Source of the DNA: a virus
Taxonomy: Duplodnaviria > Caudoviricetes
DNA length: 54,359 bases
Virus record (IMG/VR): IMGVR_UViG_3300037761_000240
Span: 1 to 54,359 of that record
Direction: 5' to 3' (one strand)
Shown here: positions 46,601-54,359 of the stretch, piece by piece
Layout of the letters: each line of letters opens with the position of its first letter
How positions within the stretch are numbered: the first letter of the stretch is position 1
The notes under the pieces: generated by a model
What the model was told of the DNA's origin: nothing
Database searches by the model: none
What the model saw: the letters and a program-made list of their open reading frames with translations, nothing else
Position numbers and translations under genes: made by a program

Positions 46601-47064
46601 TCTCGGCCGAACGCGTCGCCCGTGTAGGTGTCAAGGTCGGCGTCGTCGTAGCACCCGGATTCGACGCACTCCCAGAGGTAGAGCCGGCGTGTGCCGGATC
46701 GGTCGAGATCGACCGGGAAGCCTGCCGCGATGTCCTCGACGGTCGCCGCGAGCCTGCCGGCACCCTCGGGACCGATGAACAGTGGCGCGTCGGCCCGGCC
46801 GTCGATGTCGGCGTTCGCCGCGAGGTTCCGTAGGTCCTCGGAGTGGCGGAAGTCCAGCCATGCCGTCTCGTAGTCCTGCTGGTCACCTGCAACGGTCGCA
46901 CCTTCGAACAGATATTCGGCCGCGTCGACCAGCTCGCGGCCGGCATACTGCACGGCGTCACGGAGACTGGGCAGGAAGGGGAACCCATCCGAGTCGGCCG
47001 CGTCGGGACCATACCCGGCAAGTCCGAACGCCACGTGATAGTGGCGGGTCGTCGTGTCGCTCAT
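46597..47064 (-). CDS. acidic hypothetical protein (cassette)
   Basis: bounded by repeats. Confidence 0.8.
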   Translation of the reverse strand: MSDTTTRHYHVAFGLAGYGPDAADSDGFPFLPSLRDAVQYAGRELVDAAEYLFEGATVAGDQQDYETAWLDFRHSEDLRNLAANADIDGRADAPLFIGPEGAGRLAATVEDIAAGFPVDLDRSGTRRLYLWECVESGCYDDADLDTYTGDAFGRD

Positions 47065-47143
47065 GTCTGCCTCTCTGGATCGTCACTCTGACGATTCCGC
47101 ACGGTGCCAGGGTCGGGGGAATACCTGGCGCCATGCCGAACGG

Positions 47144-47147
<4 letters not shown>
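47065..47147 (-). repeat. intergenic hairpin/RBS element, copy 4
   Basis: 83-bp version without the insert. Confidence 0.9.
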
Positions 47148-47617
<470 letters not shown>

Positions 47618-47690
47618 GTCTGCCTCTCTGACCCTGCCACTCTGGCGGATCGCACGGTGCCGGGAGTACCCGGCGCCATGCCAACCGTCA
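47618..47690 (-). repeat. intergenic hairpin/RBS element, copy 5 (divergent)
   Basis: GGCATGGCGCCGGG-TACT-CCCGGCACCGTGCG, compensatory changes. Confidence 0.8.
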
Positions 47691-48053
47691 CGTGTCTGTC
47701 AGTGCTCCGCCGCACGCCGTGCAGCGCTCGGGCTGTCCCTCGCTGGCCGCGTAGTCTTCGGCACTGTCGCGAAACATGACCTTGGGGAACGCGTCGGAGT
47801 CGTAGGTCCGTTCGTCGGTCCGGTCGATACCCGCGACGCGTGCGAGCACGTCTAGGTGAATCTCGGGGTCGACCGCCATCGGTCCCGGGTCGTGATGTCC
47901 GACGTTGCCAGGGTTGACCGTGAGTGCTCGCACGACGCACGGGCCGCACCAGACATCGGCCCGGTAGACATACCCGACGACGTCGTACGGCAACGCGTGC
48001 AGTCCGGCGGCCCTTGCCTGGTGCCAGGACAGCGGTTGTGTGTGGTGGATCAT
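47688..48053 (-). CDS. hypothetical protein (cassette)
   Basis: VVGY.YRAD.WCG.C...DSDAFPKV; AGAGAGG RBS. Confidence 0.75.
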   Translation of the reverse strand: MIHHTQPLSWHQARAAGLHALPYDVVGYVYRADVWCGPCVVRALTVNPGNVGHHDPGPMAVDPEIHLDVLARVAGIDRTDERTYDSDAFPKVMFRDSAEDYAASEGQPERCTACGGALTDT

Positions 48054-48118
48054 GACTGTCTGCCTCTCTGTTGGTCTGGCCTTGTGGCCAGCCTAGCACA
48101 GTGTGTCAAGTCCCGGGA

Positions 48119-48270
48119 CGATCCGTGGAATACCCGGCGCCGGCCGATCTTGGGAATACCCGGCGCGGAATACTCGGCGCCGGCCGATCCGTGGAATACC
48201 CGGCGCGGAATACCCGGCGCCGGCCGATCCGTGGAATACCCGGCGCGGAATACCCGGCGCCGGCCGATCT
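48119..48270 (+). repeat. tandem array of 7 GGAATACCCGGCGC units
   Basis: copies at 48127, 48153, 48167 (1 mismatch), 48193, 48207, 48233, 48247, interleaved with CGGCCGATC. Confidence 0.9.
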
Positions 48271-48280
48271 GTTGGTGTGT

Positions 48281-48468
48281 CGCTGATGTCTCTGATGTCG
48301 GAGATGGTGGTGATGTCCACAGTTGTCCCAGTTGTCCCAGTTGTCCCAGTTGTCCTGGTATGTCCCAGTTGTCCGATTCTCGTCTCGTGCCGGCCGTGAC
48401 GTCGTGACAGCCGTGACGTCGTGACAGTCGTGCCGGCCGTGACGTTGTGACAGCCGTGCCGGTATGAC
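48281..48468 (+). repeat. short tandem repeats (CAGTTGTCC x4-5; GCCGTGACGTCGTGACA x3)
   Basis: directly visible 9-bp and 17-bp periodicities. Confidence 0.85.
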
Positions 48469-48469
48469 G

Positions 48470-48757
48470 TCAGATCGTGACCAGACGCGGCCGGCCGATC
48501 GGCGCGCGCGCGTCCACGCGATAGGACACGGATAGCGCGTCGTCACGGTGGACTAGGGACAGGTGCAGCACAGTGCCGGCCGGTGCGGCCGTCGACAGGA
48601 TGTCTGCTGCGATGCGGCCGGCATGGTGAAGACTCACCAGTCCGTGCACGTTCGCGGGCAGGGTGAAGGTTGGGACCTGACGGCCGCCGGACTGCCAACC
48701 GTCCACGGCTGGTCCGATGACGTTAGCGGTCACGGTCACGTCGTGCGACAGGGTCAT
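48470..48757 (-). CDS. hypothetical protein (cassette)
   Basis: repeat-supplied RBS. Confidence 0.7.
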   Translation of the reverse strand: MTLSHDVTVTANVIGPAVDGWQSGGRQVPTFTLPANVHGLVSLHHAGRIAADILSTAAPAGTVLHLSLVHRDDALSVSYRVDARAPIGRPRLVTI

Positions 48758-48834
48758 GACTGCCTCTCTGGGACGTCACTCTGACGTTCCCGCACGGCGG
48801 CCGGAGCATGCCGGCCGCCATGCCGGCGCGTCAG
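48758..48834 (-). repeat. intergenic hairpin/RBS element, copy 6
   Basis: CTGACG..CCGGCATGGCGGCCGG-CATGCT-CCGGCCGCCGTGCGGG..CGTCAG. Confidence 0.85.
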
Positions 48835-49454
48835 TGTGCGAACGGGTCTGGGATGCCGGCCGCCGCGTCCACGATGTCGTCATACGACGTCGGTCCGTCC
48901 GAGACGGGACCGATGAGCGCAATGCCCAGTAGGTCCGTCGCTGCCTCATGCGCGAGCATGCCGGCCGGCGCGTCAGTGCTCCACCTGACGTAATGGCGTG
49001 TCAGTGTGTCGTGCGCCCCGGCTGCGCCGGCACGGACCGTCTGTGTGACCGTGACGTGCCACAGACGCTGTCCGTCCTCGTCCGTGACGTTGTCCACGGT
49101 CACCCTGGCGTCGATGACGCGTGACGGTCCGTCGACAGGTGACACGTAGTCCGTACGGTTGGCGTCTGTCCTGTCGAGTAGCCACGTCGACAGCATGTCC
49201 AGTGCCATCCGATCGGCCGTGTCCGGCATCGTGGCATAGGTCCGTGCGATGTCGGCCGCTACCTCGTCGTAGTCCACCTTGGCGCCCGACGCCAGTGCTG
49301 CGAGCACGTGACCGATCGTGCCGGGGGACTGGTAGGCGGCAGCGATGGCCGCTGCCACGTCGTCCGAGATCTCGTCTCGGCCGTAACGGTCCGTCACCTG
49401 TGCCACGGCGTCTGTCCAGCTCGCGTGACGCGTGCGGTTTGTGATCTTGCTCAT
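48831..49454 (-). CDS. hypothetical protein (cassette)
   Basis: MSKITNR..., bounded by repeats. Confidence 0.75.
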   Translation of the reverse strand: MSKITNRTRHASWTDAVAQVTDRYGRDEISDDVAAAIAAAYQSPGTIGHVLAALASGAKVDYDEVAADIARTYATMPDTADRMALDMLSTWLLDRTDANRTDYVSPVDGPSRVIDARVTVDNVTDEDGQRLWHVTVTQTVRAGAAGAHDTLTRHYVRWSTDAPAGMLAHEAATDLLGIALIGPVSDGPTSYDDIVDAAAGIPDPFAH

Positions 49455-49533
49455 GGTGTCCTCTCTGGTGTCCGTCACTCTGACGGTCCCGCACGGCGGC
49501 CGGAGCATGCCGGCCGCCATGCCGGCGCGTCAG
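49455..49533 (-). repeat. intergenic hairpin/RBS element, copy 7
   Basis: near-identical to copy 6. Confidence 0.85.
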
Positions 49534-49847
49534 TCGTCGCTGTCGATCACAAACGTCGTCGCGGCGATCATGTCGAGTAGCTCTGGCACCGGTCGCCATT
49601 GCTCCCAGCCGGCCGCTGTGGTGATCCGCACGTATGCCGTCATGACGTCCTGTCCGGTGCGCGTATAGGCCGCACTGTCGGCCGCGTCTGTGAAGTGACG
49701 CAAGGTGCCGGCCGACACACCGTCCGCCGCACTGTCGTCGACCCATCGGGCCCGTGCGCCCCGGATCACACCGTCGACCAGGGTGGACAGGTGCACTGCC
49801 ATGTGGACTGTCAGTGCCGGCCGCGTCGCTGTCGTCGTGTCGCTCAT
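49530..49847 (-). CDS. hypothetical protein (cassette)
   Basis: bounded by repeats. Confidence 0.75.
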   Translation of the reverse strand: MSDTTTATRPALTVHMAVHLSTLVDGVIRGARARWVDDSAADGVSAGTLRHFTDAADSAAYTRTGQDVMTAYVRITTAAGWEQWRPVPELLDMIAATTFVIDSDD

Positions 49848-49924
49848 GTCTGCCTCTCTGGGACGTCACCCTGACGTTCCCGCACGGTGCACCGGTCGGC
49901 CGGTGCGCCATGCCGACGCGTCAG
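49848..49924 (-). repeat. intergenic hairpin/RBS element, copy 8
   Basis: inner stem GCACCGG-CCGA-CCGGTGC. Confidence 0.85.
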
Positions 49925-50115
49925 TCCTGTCTGTGATCCTGCCCGGGCAGGGTGCCGGACAGGTGGTGCCATTGTCCGGCCGTACGGCCGTCCCATAGAC
50001 AGCCTGTGCTGTCTTCGGTAGGACATGCCGGCAACGGGTGCGCTGGCGTCTGTACGGACAGCACAGACGCTGCCAGCGCTACGGCTGCCAGGATGCCGGC
50101 ACGGCGCCGCGTCAT
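49921..50115 (-). CDS. small secreted protein
   Basis: signal peptide + LPACPTEDSTGCLWD. Confidence 0.65.
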   Translation of the reverse strand: MTRRRAGILAAVALAASVLSVQTPAHPLPACPTEDSTGCLWDGRTAGQWHHLSGTLPGQDHRQD

Positions 50116-50255
50116 GACGTCCACCCTGCTACTAGGTCCGGCTGGCAGTAGTCACATGGCGGGTATGGGCAGTCCGGCCCATCGTGGCCGATGTCCTCGC
50201 CACGTTCCCGCGCGGCCTCGCAACACCGGCAGCATGTCGACGTCGGCCGCGTCAT
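50112..50255 (-). CDS. small Cys-rich protein
   Basis: CCRCC...CDYC; ATGA coupling. Confidence 0.5.
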   Translation of the reverse strand: MTRPTSTCCRCCEAARERGEDIGHDGPDCPYPPCDYCQPDLVAGWTS

Positions 50256-50359
50256 GACGTCCACCCTGCCAGGGTGGCGCCGTACAAGATCACTAGCGGC
50301 ACGACGACCGCGAGGACGACCGCACGGACTGTCTGCCAGGGTGCCGGTAGCGTTCTCAT
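50252..50359 (-). CDS. small membrane peptide
   Basis: one TM segment; ATGA coupling. Confidence 0.5.
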   Translation of the reverse strand: MRTLPAPWQTVRAVVLAVVVPLVILYGATLAGWTS

Positions 50360-50538
50360 GGCGTGGCCACCTCGTGACCGGCACTGTCGAGTACGGCGCC
50401 GTCTGACCGGGCATCGCATCGCCACGGGTCTAGGTACTCCACATACACCAGCGTCCACGTGCCGTCCGTGCGGAGGTAGATGGGCCGATGGCAGTGTCGA
50501 CAGGTCCGGCTGTCCGTGCGGGTAGGTGTGTCACACAT
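50356..50538 (-). CDS. small zinc-binding protein, first gene of the leftward early region
   Basis: AGAGAGGA RBS; CRHC.RPI...W...C...H. Confidence 0.6.
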   Translation of the reverse strand: MCDTPTRTDSRTCRHCHRPIYLRTDGTWTLVYVEYLDPWRCDARSDGAVLDSAGHEVATP

Positions 50539-50599
50539 GCTGTCCTCTCTGCGCCGTGCGCCCGTTGCGCCCGTGCACTGCCACACTGGCACGTGTCAA

Positions 50600-51020
50600 C
50601 TGGTGTGACGGTACGACTGTGCACTGATGATCTTGACACCATGATCCACATGTAGTCTGACGTGCACAGATACCATGCCATGTGACCTAGGTCACACTGT
50701 CTCACTATGTGAGAACGATCATGGCGTCACAAGATCATGTCCACAATGTGAGAACGATCATGATGGCGCCATGATCATTCTAGCGGGAATCGGACGCCGA
50801 GCTCGTGTCCGTTATGTCCGCAATGTCCCCCCCGGGTCGCCGTCAGAATGATCTTGGCCGCCCCCAGGCAGCGCGGGGTGGTACCCCCGAGGTACACCTC
50901 GTGCGAAGACCGATATGTCCGTTTTAGCGTCTACTGAGCGCTACCGGCCCCGAAATCTCCCATACACACCGAAGTCGGGAATGTCCTAATAGTTACGGAC
51001 TTCACCGCTTTGCCCCGGGC
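50600..51020. other. non-coding divergence region, probable genome-end/packaging region
   Basis: direct repeat ATGTGAGAACGATCATG (50707, 50746), TGTCC at 9-bp period (50805-50828), C/G runs; lies just before the terminase genes. Confidence 0.55.
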
Positions 51021-51079
51021 GCTTGACACCAGTTTGCTACCCTGCGCCCAGATGCCGACGTCGATGTAGGTGGGTCCCG

Positions 51080-51661
51080 ATGCAGATGTTCGAGGTGCGC
51101 AACTCCAACCAGGTCATCCGTTTCGACGGCGTCCTGCTCGCGGCGGTGACATCGGCCCGACCGCACGCCCCTCGGTTCACCGTGCTGGAGCTGTACGGGC
51201 TCCCCTCCACTTCCCCGTCCCACGTGTTCCACCGGATCGGCCGCTCGATGGTCTTCCACACCGGGGACTGCCCCCAGGCGATCCGCACCCACCTGCCCTA
51301 CGGCCACGAAATCAGCGGAGCTGACCTGCCCACCACGGCCGACCTGTCACCGTGCCAGTTCTGCGCCCCGTCCCTGATCGATCCGGCACCGGACCAGCCC
51401 GACTTCTTCACCGTGCACCGCTTCGAACTCGCGCGTCACTTCGCCCAGGTCGTCTCCGACCCCGCCGCGCTGGTCAGGCTGCTGACCACGCCGGACTCGC
51501 CGATGGCCGGCTGGCTGTCCACCCAACTGCTCAACGTCGCCGCCACCGCCGATGTCGGGATCGCCGAGGCGTTCACCATCGACCTGCGCCGGCAGTCCTG
51601 GCAGCAGGTCGGGCACACCCCCGAAGGTCACAAGGTTCTCGCCCGGCAGGCGCCGTCATGA
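51080..51661 (+). CDS. hypothetical protein
   Basis: AGGTGG RBS; FDG.LL...S......RF..LELY. Confidence 0.7.
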   Translation: MQMFEVRNSNQVIRFDGVLLAAVTSARPHAPRFTVLELYGLPSTSPSHVFHRIGRSMVFHTGDCPQAIRTHLPYGHEISGADLPTTADLSPCQFCAPSLIDPAPDQPDFFTVHRFELARHFAQVVSDPAALVRLLTTPDSPMAGWLSTQLLNVAATADVGIAEAFTIDLRRQSWQQVGHTPEGHKVLARQAPS

Positions 51662-52788
51662 CCACGACCCCCACCACGCCCCACGTCGATGTCTTCGACC
51701 TCGCTCCGCACGAGCAGGAGCACTGGACCGACGACGCTCCGTCCGTCGCCGACCCCTCCGTTCCCACCGGGTCGGTGGCGGCCGAGCCGGCCTATGCCCC
51801 CTGGGAGCTGAACGATTTCGCCTCCGAGGATCCGGACAAGCTGCCGTTCCTGTCCTGGCTGTGGCGCCACCACGTCCCCGGTGACGAGTTCTACCCGCTC
51901 GCGCACCTCGTTCTGACCGGCGGCCCCGGTGACCTGTGGCTTCGCAAGACCGTCCTGATCCCCTCCTTCGTGGCTCGCGACATCGCCGAGCTGTATGCCA
52001 CCGGTCGGGTCGGAGTCACCGAAGAACATCTCGACCTGGCCAACAAGGCGGTGCTGGCCTACCGGGAATCGACCGACACGATCCCCGAGCTGGTCGCCCG
52101 CCGTCGGCGCAATGCCAAGCAGGCCGGCAACCCCGAGACCGGTCCGAATCGAGAGATCAAGGACGCCCAGTTCGCCGGCTTTCTCGACCTCGGCACCGTT
52201 CCGGTTCCACTCCGGGCAGCCAACCTCACCGCGACGATCAACGAGGTCGTCCCCCAGGTGGATCCCGACTCCGAGAACATGCCGGCCGACTTCCGCACCT
52301 TCAAGGTCAAGTGCATGTACCAGGACCGGGACTCCCTGGGCAAACACGGCAAGCCTCTCGACCTGTGCGGTCGGCCATCGGTGATCGGCTCCGTGCTCTG
52401 CGCCCGCCACGGTGGCGTTTCGCTGGCCTACACCGCCGAGGAGCTGAAGGAGATCTACAACGGGGCGCGTCAGCGCCTGCTCGCGGCCACGCTGATGGCG
52501 GTCGACGCCACCATCGAGCTGGCTCGAAGCGCGGTCAACGAGACGGTTCGCCTGAAGGCGGCCGAGGTCATCCTCGACCGGACCGGGTTCGTTCCCGGGG
52601 TGGAGATCCACCTGCCGGGCCAGACTCGCGACGGTCAGATCGACAAGACGCCGGCCCAGATCGTGCTCGAACGCCTCAACCAGCTAGGGATCGCCGCCCC
52701 GGTCACCACGCCGTCCTCCGATACGAACGGCAACATCTCTGACGATTCCGACGTGGTCGAGGCCGAGGTCGTGGAGGAACGGCCGTGA
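51658..52788 (+). CDS. putative terminase small subunit-like protein
   Basis: C...C.......CARHGG motif and VRLKAA..ILDR.G motif; upstream of the large terminase. Confidence 0.55.
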   Translation: MTTTPTTPHVDVFDLAPHEQEHWTDDAPSVADPSVPTGSVAAEPAYAPWELNDFASEDPDKLPFLSWLWRHHVPGDEFYPLAHLVLTGGPGDLWLRKTVLIPSFVARDIAELYATGRVGVTEEHLDLANKAVLAYRESTDTIPELVARRRRNAKQAGNPETGPNREIKDAQFAGFLDLGTVPVPLRAANLTATINEVVPQVDPDSENMPADFRTFKVKCMYQDRDSLGKHGKPLDLCGRPSVIGSVLCARHGGVSLAYTAEELKEIYNGARQRLLAATLMAVDATIELARSAVNETVRLKAAEVILDRTGFVPGVEIHLPGQTRDGQIDKTPAQIVLERLNQLGIAAPVTTPSSDTNGNISDDSDVVEAEVVEERP

Positions 52789-53009
52789 TCGAGCCGGTCT
52801 TCCTGCGCTTCGGCAAGGACTCTCCCGAGTACGAGATCGGGGAAGTGTTCGCAGTCGACTACCCCGGCGCGGTCATCGCGCTGTCGGAGCTGTTGGCCGA
52901 AGCCGCGACCGAGCTGGACCGGCTGCGCTCGGCCGTGACGGTGCTCGACAAGGTATCGGCCGCTGACATCATGGAGTACCTGTCTGACCACGGTCGACGT
53001 CGGAACTGA
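52785..53009 (+). CDS. hypothetical protein
   Basis: GTGA coupling. Confidence 0.55.
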   Translation: MIEPVFLRFGKDSPEYEIGEVFAVDYPGAVIALSELLAEAATELDRLRSAVTVLDKVSAADIMEYLSDHGRRRN

Positions 53010-53011
53010 CT

Positions 53012-54359
53012 ATGGACACCACCGTCCTGACCGCGCCGACTTCGGTCGGGGTCGCGTTCTCGGTCGAGGAGGACCTTGCGGTCGCCGACGTGATCGCGCG
53101 GATGGAGGAGGACCTCCGCGCCGAGGCGATGGCCGGGCTCGATCAGGAACTGCTCCTGCACGACTTCGACTTCTGGGGACGCCCGTCCCAGCTCTACGCC
53201 TACCGGTCGCTCGCGCACATCATCGCGATGCTGTTCGGCCGTGGCGGCGGCAAGACGCACACCGGGTGCAAGTGGGTGCACGACAAGGCCATGCAGAATC
53301 CTGGCTGCCGGATCGGTCTGGTGGCCCGAACGGTGGCCGACGTACGTGGCACCGTCGTGCTCGGCGAGTCCGGCATCATGTCGATCGCTCCCCCGTCGGA
53401 GATGCCGACCTACATCCCCAACAACCGTGAGGTCACCTGGCCGAACGGGTCCATGGCGACCACCTTCTCCGCCGAGGTGCCCGACCAACTCCGTGGCCCG
53501 CAGTTCCACTTCTCCTTCGCCGAGGAGCTGGCCACCTGGCCGGTCAAGCCGCCGCCGGGCTCGATCGCGAACGCCTGGGACAACCTGAAGATCGCCACCC
53601 GTCTGGGGTCGCACCCGCAGATCTTCGTGGCTACCACACCTCGTCGCGTGCCGATGGTGATCGAGCTGCTCAACGGGGCGCACTCGGACCCCGGCGCCTA
53701 CACCGTGGTGCGTGGCTCGACCAAGGCCAACCGGCACCTGAGCGCCGACTACCTCAAAGTGGTCACCGGGATGTACGAGGGGACCAGTCTGGCCCGCCAG
53801 GAGCTGGAGGGCGAGCTGCTGGGCGACCTCCAGGGGGCACTGCTGACCTCGGCCGTGCTCGACGCCGGCCGGCTGGACCCCAAGGAAGCCTTCGACCCGT
53901 TCGACTACCCGATCCGCATTATCGGCGTCGACCCGTCGGTGGCGGACAAGCCGCGTGACGAGTGCGGCATCGTCGCAGTGGCCGCGACCGGGCACCGCCG
54001 GTTCTTCCAGCGGCACACCTATGTGCTCGGGGACTACTCGGTCTACGGCTCGCCCCGCAAGTGGGCCAAGCGGGTGGTTGAGGCGGCTCGGCTCTACCGC
54101 GCCTACGTGGTGGCTGAGGACAACCAGGGCGGCGAGATGGTCCGGATGGTCATCCAGGCCGAGGACCCAGAAGTCCCCGTCGTCCTGGTCCGGTCCCAGT
54201 CGGCCAAGACGGTCCGGGCCGAGCCGATCGTGATGGCCGCCGAGCAGAACCGGGTGCACCACACCGACTTCTTCGGTGAGCTGGAGTCCCAGCTCACGTC
54301 CTGGGTGCCCGACGAGTCCAACTACTCCCCAGACCGCCTCGACGCCTGGGTGATCGCGA
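53012..54359 (+). CDS. terL: terminase large subunit (partial, runs off the window)
   Basis: Walker A GRGGGKT, GESGI, LRGPQF...AEELATW, TTP, RQELEGE, nuclease IGVDP, EDNQGG, SPDRLDA. Confidence 0.93.
   Translation, partial: MDTTVLTAPTSVGVAFSVEEDLAVADVIARMEEDLRAEAMAGLDQELLLHDFDFWGRPSQLYAYRSLAHIIAMLFGRGGGKTHTGCKWVHDKAMQNPGCRIGLVARTVADVRGTVVLGESGIMSIAPPSEMPTYIPNNREVTWPNGSMATTFSAEVPDQLRGPQFHFSFAEELATWPVKPPPGSIANAWDNLKIATRLGSHPQIFVATTPRRVPMVIELLNGAHSDPGAYTVVRGSTKANRHLSADYLKVVTGMYEGTSLARQELEGELLGDLQGALLTSAVLDAGRLDPKEAFDPFDYPIRIIGVDPSVADKPRDECGIVAVAATGHRRFFQRHTYVLGDYSVYGSPRKWAKRVVEAARLYRAYVVAEDNQGGEMVRMVIQAEDPEVPVVLVRSQSAKTVRAEPIVMAAEQNRVHHTDFFGELESQLTSWVPDESNYSPDRLDAWVIA

Noticed and set aside
48119-48270. 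Mini-CRISPR
   Set aside because: Units are 14 bp with repeated, non-unique linkers.
48071-48546. Several ORFs across the repeat block
   Set aside because: Repetitive translations without an RBS; better explained as non-coding repeats.
52859-54262. 467-aa minus-strand ORF
   Set aside because: Antisense to the large terminase, which the track omits because it has no stop codon in the window.

Overview
High-GC actinobacteriophage DNA; the host is probably a filamentous actinomycete, judged from a DUF397 gene and BldC/Xis-like HTH genes. No integrase, capsid or tail genes lie in the window. 1-18.8 kb is a leftward arm carrying an RNA-repair operon (Rnl1 ligase, RlaP-type nucleotidyltransferase, Pnkp), membrane/lipoproteins, an SSB-like protein, a second RNA ligase, a PD-(D/E)xK exonuclease, an SF2 helicase, an adenine methylase, a dual-specificity phosphatase, NADAR and RuvC. 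18.9-39.9 kb is a rightward arm with a four-gene glycosylation cluster, many small genes, two tRNA-like RNAs with enlarged anticodon loops directly in front of a 462-aa unknown gene, DNA polymerase A (His at the 762 position) and a primase-helicase followed by an origin-like repeat region. 40.3-50.6 kb is a leftward early/host-takeover region. In it, small genes (one Ocr-like) are separated by 8 copies of a covarying long hairpin + alternative short hairpin + RBS element, and a strand-polarised GGA(A/G)TACC(C/T)GG motif recurs. 50.6-51 kb is a likely genome-end region, followed by small- and large-terminase genes. The strongest candidates for an undescribed system are the hairpin-punctuated cassette array and the tRNA-mimic + unknown protein operon. 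All family assignments come from motif recognition by eye; no searches were run.
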